Shown here one piece after another: positions 47,926 to 59,032 of a stretch of DNA of 64,000 nucleotides; the stretch's first letter is position 1, and the number at the start of each line of letters is the position of its first letter. This stretch comes from Curvularia clavata. Lineage: Eukaryota. The DNA lies in contig CP089275.1 in the NCBI GenBank assembly GCA_023920165.1, positions 3,782,001-3,846,000 of the forward strand, in the 5' to 3' direction. The notes beneath the pieces were generated by a model that made no database searches, was not told the DNA's origin, and saw only the letters and a program-made list of their open reading frames with translations. The translations under genes were made by a program, and so were the position numbers.

Positions 47926-49370
47926 ATAACGCAGCCTTCAGTAGCACTTTGTGCGGCACTTGGTGCTTTCTCCGGCGCCCCACCTGCTTCAGAACTCCCC
48001 AGCAATTTCGACCCTCGTAATGTCATTTTCCGCGATGTAGCCATCATAGGCGGTGGTTCCTCGGGTATCTACGCTGCCATCCAACTCAAGTACGCCGGTA
48101 AATCTGTTATCGTCGTTGAATTCAAACCCATTGTCGGTGGACACACAAACACTTACACGGATCGTGCTACTGGCATTTCCGTAGACTAAGGCGTAGCAAT
48201 TTGGCATAATAGCTCGAACGTTGACGAGTACTCCAGCCATTTTAACGTTCCAGACTCAAGCTGAGGCAATTTTCAACAGTAAGCCTTTGCCTTTTGACTA
48301 TGGTACAGGCGCCATCGTCAACATCCCAGCTGCAGCACAGCCTAGCTAGCAAGCTACTAAGGAAGCGCTACAGAAGTTTATCGCTTTCTTGACGAAGTAT
48401 CCTCAGCTTGCTTCGGGCATGTTCCTTCCCAGACCTGTGCCCCAGGAGTTGTCCATCCCTTTCGGCCGATTGACAAAGCAGCTCGGTATCGAGGCAGTTG
48501 TCCCTTTCTTGATCAAATGGAACACTGCCACTGGCGATGCTTCCACTATTCCTGCTACCGAGTTCATCCGTGTCGCAGGCTTGGAATTGGTCCAGCAAGT
48601 CATCAGCCCGAGCTTCGTCACGTCTACGTGTCGCAACAACAGCGAGATTTACGGTAAGGCACAGACTGAGCTTCTTCAAGCCCAAAGCCTCTTGCTCTCT
48701 TCCGAGGTCATTGACTCCCTACGTAAAGAGAACAAAGTCGAGCTTGTGGTGAAGACACTTCAGGGAATTAAGTACATCTGCGTAAAGAAGCTTATCTTCA
48801 CCGTCCCCCCTCGCCTGGAGAACCTTGCACCATTCAACCCTACTCAGAACGAGCGCAGCGTCTTCGTCCAGTGGCTCAACACAAGCTACTACACCTGTAT
48901 TGTCAAGAATAGTGGTCGTCAGCACTAACCTCCACAACCCATTTGCTCAAGGCACCAAACCCGGCATCGTGCTTGCTGCCCCCAACGCAATCCCCGGTCA
49001 CTCCAACGTCTACTACTCTACTCCCCGTGGTATCACTCAATACCCGCTGTCCGTCGACGCTGTCAAGGCCCGCATTGTCACTGAACTCAAACGTGCTCAA
49101 GTCACCAACCGAAACAACAGCAACTTCACTCAGGCCCAGCCCGAGTTTGTCATCTGTCACTGTCACGTGCCCTTTTCTCTCCAGGTTACGTCTGAAGACA
49201 TTGCCTTGGGCTTCTACGATCGCATGAACGCCCTCCAGGGTCAAAAGAGTAAGTGTTGGACTGGCGCTACTTGGAGGGCACATGAGAGCAATGTCATTTG
49301 GAACTTCAACAAGCAGATTCTTCTTCCTATGGTGATGAAGGGTCTCCAGATATGCAACACGCCATATTAG
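47926..49370 (+). pseudogene. decayed, probably secreted FAD-dependent oxidoreductase (flavin amine oxidase-like)
   Basis: Signal-like VALCAALGAFSGA; Rossmann motif RDVAIIGGGSSGIYAAIQL...VIVVE...GGHTNTY; C-terminal GFYDRMNALQGQ...WTGA. Lesions: ATA at the apparent start (47926), TAA 48187-48189, frameshift about 48250-48262, TAG 48347-48349, frameshift about 48915-48925. Confidence 0.85.
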
Positions 49371-49793
49371 ATATTTAGACGCTGGTGATCGAAGGTTCAA
49401 AGGAGTTGATTTTTTTGGTCCATCTCTCTTCCTAACCAGAACATGGCCGATGGTTGATAGATGACGTGTAAAGATTCTTTTTGGTCCTGTCTCATCTCCT
49501 TGAATAGTCATCAGTACAAGCCCATCATCTAAAACTTCACTCGTCATTCCTCGAGAAGTGCCGAGCGCTGAATTGACATCTTATATCGCAGAATTTAGTG
49601 TGGGGAGTCTGCGTCACCTTTGTCACGACCTACTTGGTCCCTCTTCGGCCCAATGTCAATATAAGGTCAGAAGAGATTTTGTAGACTTGGTGGCGCCCAA
49701 GAAGGAACACTATGCATTCTGGAAGACTTCAAGCTTGGCAGTAATAAGAGACCTTGCATATTCTAGAGGAGAAGGAAAACAATAATTTCTTAT

Positions 49794-50678
49794 CTACGCA
49801 CGAGCCTTGGCTACGGGTGTCCAAGGAGAATACTTGTTCTTGGTCCTGTTGACATTGTTAGCAAACACAAGACCAGCTTTCAAAATGAATGGCCGGTAGG
49901 CGGAACGGTAGAACACGGGTGTAAACATACGTGCTGTAGGGCTTGTATCCCGATCGGCTCCATGTGAGCGTCGGCCTGTGCTCCTTGGGCTCCCAGACGC
50001 GAACCTGACGCTGGAGAAGCGGGTCCACGGCCGGGGACTTGTCGACCATGTAGGACATCCAAGCGTGCCTGTATAAAGTCAGATTACCTCTGTAGATTTG
50101 GCCACTAAAGCAACCTACCATCCAGGCTCAATCTGAGAACTATTGAATCATTCGTTAGCGTATTTCTACGTTTCCATTCGGACCAAATGGGTCAGGAAAC
50201 ATACGGGTCGAACTCCTTGTCCTTGTAGTCTACCCAGCGAGTTCGCACTGCACAGTTCAGTCAGACATGCTTCCTTCTTTCTGGCTAACAGTCCCCTGCC
50301 ACTCGTCCGGTGTATGGTAGTTCTTACGAGGCAGCTCATCTTGCAAGTTCTCAAAGTACTTGTTGCCGTACTTGTCCATGCCAATAAAGGTTCCGGCCTT
50401 GGTATCACCTGCATTGCATCAGCCCCTATGTCCCCTCTTCTACAGCCCAATGGCGTCATATCTAAAGCGTACCGATGTTCTATTGCGTGCGAAAGCGAAT
50501 TGATCAGTTTATTTGCGGCGAGCAATTGAGGGGGTTGCACGAGCGTACCGCCATTTGGTGGGCATATTCCTGTGAGAGCGTTAGTAATGCTGCTGCAACA
50601 GCAATGCAGTTGACACAGGAAGCTTGCCTTAATTCCAATCTTGCGCAGATTGCGCAGTGTTCGCATGAGCGTCGACAT
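49794..50678 (-). CDS. NDUFA12: NADH:ubiquinone oxidoreductase accessory subunit NDUFA12 (B17.2/N7BM), 8 exons
   Basis: Spliced product MSTLMRTLRNLRKIGIKEYAHQMANIGDTKAGTFIGMDKYGNKYFENLQDELPLRTRWVDYKDKEFDPSQIEPGWHAWMSYMVD...TTKNKYSPWTPVAKARA. Introns 50570-50627 (GC-AG), 50480-50548, 50409-50472, 50248-50327, 50140-50204, 50069-50118, 49846-49930. Confidence 0.9.
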
Positions 50679-50891
50679 GGCGGCTGTTTGGAGCTATTGA
50701 TGGCGGGTCGCTGATGGCCGCTTGCCGGATGTCGTTGAGTCGCGATTGATGATGCCAAGACACATTACCACGCTTTACCTTTCGCACACTAGCGCTGCAA
50801 GTGTCCTTGTCCCAAAGTGCACCAAACATGGAAGTTTATCACTTCAATTTATGCCAATTTCGGTAGCGCGGTAACGGGATTTCTCACAACG

Positions 50892-52822
50892 ATGATATCT
50901 CGAAGCTTGTTTCGGATTCAAGTGCCCAGGATTGCGGGTAAAAGAGCTTTTGGCATTCCTAGCAGACCCCTCAGGACGACGAGGAGGTATTCGACTTCGA
51001 CTGGAATGGCGTCGCAGGCACCTCAGAGTCAGGCGGCGATGCTGGCAACAATAACGTCAGATTTGGATAAGATTGCTCCGCGGTTCGAGATGCAGCCTGA
51101 GCAAATAGAGATTCTCCAGACGCCGACTGAATTCTATCAAGCATTGAAGGTATGCCGACATTCCTTTTATCTTCTTTTCTTTCATCTTATTTCATTCCTT
51201 GTGTATTCATCGTACCATACGGGCCTTCATAAATAATTCATTCGGTTCTTTCTTGTCCATTTTCCATCTACGATGACGAATTCTTTTTACTTCCCAAATG
51301 AGAATCAATTGGCACTTTTCTGAATATTTCATTTTTCAATGTCATGCATGCGCCGAAGCAATATTATTTAAGACATCTCATTGTATTCTGCAAAATGACA
51401 AACACGCCACGAGGAATATGTGAGACGACACGGTCCGAACATCCACCGTTCGATTTCGCTGAATCAATCCAGGACAAAATCTCCAAAGCCCAACAAAGAA
51501 TCTACCTCAGCACCCTCTACATTGGCAAGACAGAACACGACCTCATCAGCACTATTCGTAGCGCCCTACAGAAAAACCCCAACCTGCGTGTGTCCTTTCT
51601 CACAGACGCATTACGTGGAACACGGGAGACGCCAAACCCAACAACTGCCTCTCTTTTAACCCCGCTCATTGCCGAGTTTGGCCCGCAGAGGGTAGAAGTA
51701 CGCATGTACCACACGCCCAACCTAACGGGACTGCGGAAGAAGTACGTACCCAAGCGCATCAACGAGGGCTGGGGCCTCCAGCATATGAAACTCTATGGCA
51801 TCGACGACGAAATCATCATGAGTGGAGCGAATCTCAGCGAGGACTACTTCACCAATCGGCAGGACCGATACCATCTATTCCGATCGAGCGAATTGACAAC
51901 CTACTTCAAAAAGATCCATGATGGCGTTGCAGCACTCAGCTTTGACATCCAGCCATCTGACGCTCAGGGAGCAGGCGGATACAGCATGTCATGGCCTACT
52001 TCGAACGCCGCTCCAAATCCCCTCTCCGAGCCCTCCAAGTACAGGAAAGCTGCAGAGAAACACCTCGCCCACCTCCTCACACCCAACAACTCCCCTTCAA
52101 ACCCTTCATCCTCTTCTCCATCAACTACCTCCATCTACCCTGTCCTCTCTCTCGTTCCCCTCCTCCCCACCTCTACAGAGCTCCCCGCCCTAACCACCAT
52201 CCTCACCTCGCTCGCCCGCGCACCCCTCCACCCCAGCACCTGGACATTTACCGCGGGCTACTTCAACATGACACCGTCCTTCCGACGCTTGCTACTCTCC
52301 ACGCGCCCAGCTTCCGGTACCGTACTCACTGCGCATCCGCACGCAAACGGCTTCTACGGGTCCTCTGGCGTCAGCGGCATGCTTCCAGCCGCATATACGC
52401 ACCTGGCGCACTCGTTTCTCCGCCGCGTAAAGTACCAGGGTCTTCGCGACACCATCGTGCTTAAGGAGTGGAAGAAGGGAAAAGTAGGTGAGAAAGACGG
52501 GTGGACATATCACGCCAAGGGTATCTGGGTAGCATTGCCTAGCCCAAATGGACAAGGCGGGAGTGAGCAAGAAGATCCATGCATCACGGTGATTGGATCT
52601 TCGAATTATACTAAGCGTGCTTATGAGCTTGATCTTGAAGCGAATGTGGTGGTTGCAACGACGGATCCGGGTCTGAGGCGGCGGCTGGGCGAGGAAGTGA
52701 GGTGGTTGGGGGAGCATGCGCGGGCGGTGGATGAGAGGGAGTTTGAGAAGCCGGAGAGGAAGGTAGGATTGAATGTAAAGTTGGCTATGTGGGCGGTTAG
52801 GGTCTTAGGCGGAGCGTTGTAG
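50892..52822 (+). CDS. PGS1: CDP-diacylglycerol--glycerol-3-phosphate 3-phosphatidyltransferase (mitochondrial)
   Basis: Arg-rich presequence; RIYLSTLYIGKTE, LTDALRGTR, GLQHMKLYGIDD, SGANLSEDYFTNRQDRY, WTYHAKGIW, GSSNYTKRA (two PLD-like motifs). Intron 51150-51472. Confidence 0.93.
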
Positions 52823-53140
52823 GGTGTATGTGCGGGAATCTGGAGGGAGTATAGAAATATGTAGCATTAGTCAATCAGTCACAATCACAATGAGCATGAC
52901 TTCAAAGAGAGAGAAAAGAACACGATTCTCGACAAGACCTTTCCTCCTATTATTCATTATTGTTTGGGAGCTATGTAGCGGGTATCTATGGGACATTAGA
53001 AGACAAACAAAGAAAATGTAAAGAAGATGGGGACATGGGAAAGTCCAGAAAATCCTGCGCCTTTTTCTCTACTAAGACTTCCGGGCATTCATATTGACAT
53101 TATCTCGTGTCAAATGACGCCCAGGTAAAATCGGCTTATC

Positions 53141-54858
53141 CTATTCAGAGGTAGCTGAACAGTTGCGAGTTGCCTTCCACACGACTAGTCCGCGATCACC
53201 AACGACACGGCTCAGGGTATTCCAGACGCCGTCGTCGGCAAAGTCCATGTCATCAAGGTTCAGGTGGTGTCGGTAGCTCCAGACCTCTTCGAGTGAGACC
53301 TCCTCTCGCTTGTTTGCATCTTGGTAAGGTTTCAGAAAATGGGCAGAGCGCGGGGCTACCAAGTATGTGACACCCCGTTCTTCGACCTTGGGAAGTTTTC
53401 GAGTCCGACAAGGCGGGAGCGCTTCCTTGACCTTTTCGAGCATCTGCTCCCCGGGGCAGCCCATCAGATCCACTGTCTTGAGCTGTTCATTTTTGCCGTT
53501 GAGCAGCCAGGTAGGCGGACTGTATGTCTTCCACCAAAAGGCATGACTGATGGTTTCATTGGTTTTGGCGATATTTATCTGTACAGGAACAATACCGCCC
53601 TGGTGATATACGCCCATCAAAAGACCCAACGCGACGTTGAAGATGACCCAGGTCGCTATCCAAGGCTTCTTGAAGGCCATATTTGGTAGGCGTATGGAGG
53701 ACAGTATCAAGGGAACTGCGGGTAACAAGAAACGAGCTTCTTGGTGTGGGAAGATACTAAGTAAAGCGATACCAGACAAAGCTGACAACAAAGTCATAGT
53801 GATGTGTGCTTTGCGCAAGAAGAACAAAAGCGGGGTCGCGGGTCCCAGTAGTTGAGGAAGGTTGACAAGCAGGTGCTGGTAACGTGGATGTATGCCATGC
53901 TGGGCAAGGTTCTCAGAATTCGAGTTGTAGCGGAAATTGTTGAAGGGCGTAATGACGGGACCGGCAAAAACCTTTGAGAAAGTGAATTCGCCTGGGGTAT
54001 AAAAGGTCGTATCAACGCAGATGGCAAGGAAAGCCGTTGAAAGAGCGAATGTAGCCAGAAAGACGAGAGAGAATGGTCTAGAATGTCAATCGAGTGCAAT
54101 CAGTGGGAATGAGGGGCAGACTAACTTGCGTTGGAAATGAGGCAGCAATGTCGTCGCAGGCAGGAGAAGGAATGCTGGAAAGGTGATGCGATTGAAGATA
54201 CCGACCACGGCCATGAAGCCCAAAATGGACGAGGCTAGGATGCCGGAGCGCTTCTGCACGTTGGGTTAGCTGCATGTGCTAGGTGGGCAAGCGTGCTGAC
54301 GTAGCCATACCTTATCGTCAGTAATCCTCTGGATTAGAACCAGACTCCAGAGCACCAACAAAGTCTCGAGGCTGTTTGAGAAGGTGTGCGTCTGGAAGGT
54401 CCATGTCACGTACGAAGACGCGACCAGCACCACGGCAATGCGCCGAGCGCGGGGCGAAGCGACCAGCTCGTGAATGGCCCAGTCCTCCATGACGACGCTC
54501 AGCGACAGCATGAGCACGCGCAGCGTCCAGTAGACGACTGAGGGCGAAACGTCATATCCGAAGCCCTCCCATAGCCAGCGCAAGATATACATGGGCCAAC
54601 CGTAGGCAAGCCATAGCGGGAAAGTGCTGCGAATGGGGTATTCCGAGGTGAATTCCCAGGTTTCGTGGACGGGGTAGGAAAAGACGCGTCCTGGCGGGGC
54701 AGTCAGTATGAAAAGGCCAGGTGTTTGGTGCAAGACAGGCAGAGCATACCGGCAACCACCTCTGGGCCCTGGAAGTTCTCGTCGGGGTGCAAGTAACTGG
54801 GGGACAGGGCAAAGTAGATGCGGACTATGATGAGCAGGAAGTAGAGTCTGCGCCACAT
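53141..54858 (-). CDS. SMP3: GPI mannosyltransferase 4 (Alg9-like family)
   Basis: [76 protein letters not shown]. Introns 54691-54749, 54254-54310, 54078-54125. Confidence 0.9.
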
Positions 54859-55806
54859 GGTGGGAGGGATTGAAGCAGGGCGTGGTCAGAAGAGGCTGCG
54901 TCGCACAAGGGCATGTCTTTTGCAGAAGTGGAGTGTTTTGTTTGCGCAAAAGTGAGGCCAAGGCATGTTTTAGTGCAGGCTATGTCATCCAAAGGTTGGA
55001 CGCGGATAAGGGGGAGCCGATTGTAACAGCAAGTTTAAGACGCGAATTATTATTTTCAGACGCGTGGCCGGTCAAGACGACAGCGAGAGCCCATGGCCGC
55101 GAGACGAGCAGAGTCTGCGAGAGGGTGGTTGTCAGGCGGCCTGATCAGATGCCAGGTGGCGTGGCTGCCAGGGCTGCCACCTCGCTCCTTCCTCGACGAC
55201 AGGACAGGCTACAGCGGCGCGTCTGGATGCAGCAGCGACGTCACGTGGCAGATCGTCAGTGGTGTACCTCACCCGCATGCACGGGGCAACGGTTGCTTTC
55301 TTTATGAATTATGAACATGAGCGCAATTAGCCACAACGGTGTCATCGTCTTGCAGGTGAAGGCATCGCATTCAGCCCATGAAATCACGCATATTTTACTT
55401 CCCGAAAGGCCATTTCGTCCTATACTGTAGATGCCGAAACGCGGCCTTCTGGCTACTTCTACCAACCCTAGGATTATGGTTCGAGGGGAGACGCATCCAT
55501 GGATAAGCCCGGTGCAGCCTGCGCACACAGTCAAGCAAGACACAAACCCAAGCCGTTTCGAGCAACCAGACAGAAAACAGATAGCCGGCTGGTGTCAAAG
55601 GAGCATCAGAGCAGAAGACGAGGCCTAGTCGGCGGCGTGTGTCTCACAAGGCAAACGTGTATTTTGGTGGTTGCAGCCTTGCGCTTGCCCTAATGCGGAT
55701 GGCTTGGCCTGAGCTTCGCCTCTCTGGCTGGCTTGCGGCGGACGAGTAACCATAGTTGCCTTTGACCTTTCACCTGTGCGCAAACAACCAACGCTCCTCG
55801 TGCTTC

Positions 55807-55813
55807 TATATAA
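55807..55813 (+). promoter_or_regulatory. TATA box upstream of SKP1
   Basis: TATATAA about 155 nt upstream of ATG 55966, followed by a C-rich leader. Confidence 0.5.
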
Positions 55814-55965
55814 CCTCCTACTGCCGGTGCCTTTGCCATCTTCCTCCAAATCAGGCCTTGCTTAACCGCCCATTAACTCTCACCACCGCGCAACCCATCT
55901 CTCTCACCCCAGCCACAGCTTACCCCGCTTACACATCTACTCTACACCACTCCAACCCCATCATC

Positions 55966-56523
55966 ATGGCTGCCACCAACGCAGAGGGCGTCAAGCTCAT
56001 CAGCATCACCACCTCTGATGGTGTCAATATGCAGGTCGAGCGCCCCGTTGCCGAGCGCTCCATCCTCATCAAGAACTTGCTCGAGGATCTCGGCGGTGAA
56101 TCTGACGAATCCATCCCCATCCCTAACGTATGTCTATCCGCCTACACTGCTCAAAGAAATCGCTAACAATCCCAGGTCAACGAGGCCGTCATGAAGAAGG
56201 TTCTCGAGTGGTGCACCCACCACAAGAACGACCCACCCGCCACCCAGGACGACGACTCGGACTCGCGCAAGAAGTCGACCGACATTGACGAGTGGGACCA
56301 GAAGTTCATGCAGGTCGACCAGGAGATGCTCTTCGAGATCATCCTGGCCGCCAACTACCTCGATATCAAGGCCCTTCTGGACGTCGGCTGCAAGACAGTC
56401 GCCAACATGATCAAGGGCAAATCTCCCGACGAGATCCGCAAGACCTTCAACATTCAGAATGACTTCACTCCAGAGGAGGAGGAGCAAATCCGCCGTGAGA
56501 ATGAGTGGGCGGAGGACCGCTAG
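55966..56523 (+). CDS. SKP1: SCF ubiquitin ligase subunit Skp1 (SconC/SCON-3)
   Basis: [88 protein letters not shown]. Intron 56128-56175. Confidence 0.97.
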
Positions 56524-57162
56524 GAGCATCATTTTTAATGGGTATTACTTCCCCTTCCCCGCCTTCCCCCGGATCCTTCCTATACCTGCCCTCTTGTTCC
56601 TTCACCAAGGACGCCGGGCAAGTGGGCCGTATGCATGAATGGATGAGTTTTATCTCCGGCGTAGCGGAGTTCTGATGGTTATGGTTTCTTGATTTCTTGC
56701 ATTACGCACCGTTGCCCTCTTAGTGCAAAGGAAGGATCGGGGGCTTCTATTCGGTTATGAAGAAGATCATGCGGGCTTCTCAGATGGCGCATTCAATGGT
56801 CCCATAGTTTGCTGCTATTTTGTACAGAAAACTCAATGCAAGCAACAAAAGTCCACCGTGCTTTTCCGTCTTTGCTTTACCTCGGTCTTGGGAATGACGT
56901 GATCGGAGGATGGGCGTGGGATGAGCTCCTCGACAGACAACCATGAGTCACGCGAGCAATGCAGAAACAGCGCAGCGCTCAAGTTTACGGGACTGAATGG
57001 AGACGAAGAAGCAGGCAAAATGTTGAATGTTTGTCATAATTCTTCGAGTTGGGGGTGTTTTATCTCTTTCTATACCATTTTATCCCCCAGAGAACGCCAG
57101 ATCGAGTGAACCTCGTATATACATGCACCTTTTTGCTTTTCCCTAACTCATCCCCTCTATAT

Positions 57163-58218
57163 CTACCATCCCCTCTTGGCCAGCTTCTCCTCCTCACCCA
57201 TAGTACTGCAGTTAATTCCTACCATGGCCTCTCCCAAGTCCATGCTAACCTCCATCAACACCTTGGGATCATTGTAGTGTGTAACCGCCTGCACAATGGC
57301 CTTGGCCCTCTTGGCCGCATCCCCAGACTTGAAGATACCGGAGCCAACAAACACGCCGTCGCAACCAAGCTGCATCATGAGCGCAGCATCAGCGGGTGTC
57401 GCCACGCCTCCCGCCGCAAAGTTCACAACAGGCAGTCTACCCAACTTGGCCGTCTCCTTGAGCAGCGCATAGTCGACCTGGAGTTCCTTTGCGTATACGC
57501 GCAACTCCTCGTCGCTCATGCCCTTTGCGCGGGCGATCTCGGCATTCACGGTGCGCATGTGGCGCACGGCTTCAATGACGTCGCCGGTTCCTGCCTCACC
57601 CTTTGTGCGGATCATGGCGGCACCTTCGGAGATGCGGCGGAGTGCTTCACCTAGGCCGCGGCAGCCGCAGACAAAGGGGATGCGGAAGGAGTGTTTGGAA
57701 ACGTGGTGGATGGCATCGGCGGGGGTAAGGACTTCAGACTCGTCAATGTAGTCTACGCCGAGGGCTTCGAGGATCTGTGGGAGAGCAGTGTGAGTAGGAG
57801 GTGTTGTGGAGAAGGGGAGAGGAGAGGGAGACGTACCTGGCATTCGACAAAGTGGCCGATTCGGGCTTTGGCCATGACAGGAATCGTGACTGTGTCCATG
57901 ATCTCCTTGATCATCTTGGGGTCGCTCATGCGGGCTACGCCGCCTTGGGCGCGAATATCAGCGGGAACACGCTCGAGGGCCATGACGGCTGAGGCGCCGG
58001 CTTCTTCTGCTATCCGTGCCTGGGTTTATTAGCAAAACGCTGTCCACTCCATGCTGCTTCTACAGCCTGGAGAAAGAGAGATGTCGTACTTGCTCGGCGT
58101 TAACAACGTCCATAATGACTCCGCCCTTCAACATGCGTGCCAAACCCGCCTTGACGGCAAAGTTGTTCTCGCCATCTTGGGCGCCGTGGCCGTTGGTGGT
58201 GGGGAGTTCAGTTGCCAT
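57163..58218 (-). CDS. SNZ1: pyridoxal 5'-phosphate synthase subunit PDX1/SNZ1
   Basis: [86 protein letters not shown]. Introns 58020-58089 and 57775-57836. Confidence 0.96.
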
Positions 58219-59032
58219 TGTGCTCGTGGTATGTTCAAGTCAGAGTACGTCAGAAGGAAGAGAAAATGTGGACAGCAATTGAACTTTAGTGGTGGGGTGA
58301 TTTCCACGGAACAATGGAAGAGGCAAAAAAAAGTTATGTCGAGGATTGAAGAAACAGAGATCAAAGTAAGACAGAGAGAAGTATTGAGCCAGTTAACCAG
58401 TCCCGAACCAGTAAGAAAAAGTCACGATAAAAGGATTATTAATGTCCCTTGTGAGATTAGAGGACTAAGATCGTGAGTCAACCTTTGACCACATATGTAT
58501 TACCTCTACATGTACCCGCGGGAATCGTAGGTAATATTTTTTTGCCTTTGTAAGGTCGGTCCCCTCCATTGCCTTAGCACTAGTTCGGAGCTTGCCCCGC
58601 CCCATAAGCCGCCGCCGTCTAGACCCCGCTATGCGCCCTTTGACACATTGCGCAGCCAATCACGCCTTTTGCACACGCGGGCTGCCATGGCCGTGAATTG
58701 CCGTCGGCGCGCTGTCTACACCTAGTTCAGGACATTGAGTCCTCTGCGTGGAGGGGGATTCATGGCGCGGTACCGGACTGGAGTCACTGCATACATTACA
58801 AGTAATGCCGAGACCATACAACTCACCTGATGAGCCTTCGGGCCGAGTGGGTCGATGACTACCTAAAGTGAGCGCCGATGGAAAACGTCGGGGGTCCATG
58901 CTTGCGAGAATGCATATCGTTTCTAGTCAATGTTGCGAGTATGCCAATACCAATGCCAATGCCGAGCTACACACTAACGGCCATCTTCGTCGTAACCCAA
59001 CAACACTCTCCAATTGTTTCAAACGCTACTGT

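Noticed and set aside
48903..49547. 214-aa minus-strand ORF
   Set aside because: Antisense shadow of the oxidoreductase pseudogene; the motifs are on the plus strand.
55236..55250. GACGTCACGTGG (bZIP/bHLH-like site) between SMP3 and SKP1
   Set aside because: A single short motif; function cannot be supported from sequence alone.
57049..58476. Plus-strand ORFs of up to 201 aa antisense to SNZ1
   Set aside because: Mirror frames of a highly biased, conserved gene.
58219..59032. Possible SNO/PDX2 partner gene or riboswitch next to SNZ1
   Set aside because: No glutaminase motifs and no TPP-aptamer-like consensus seen; the gap is promoter plus the 3' region of ampp.
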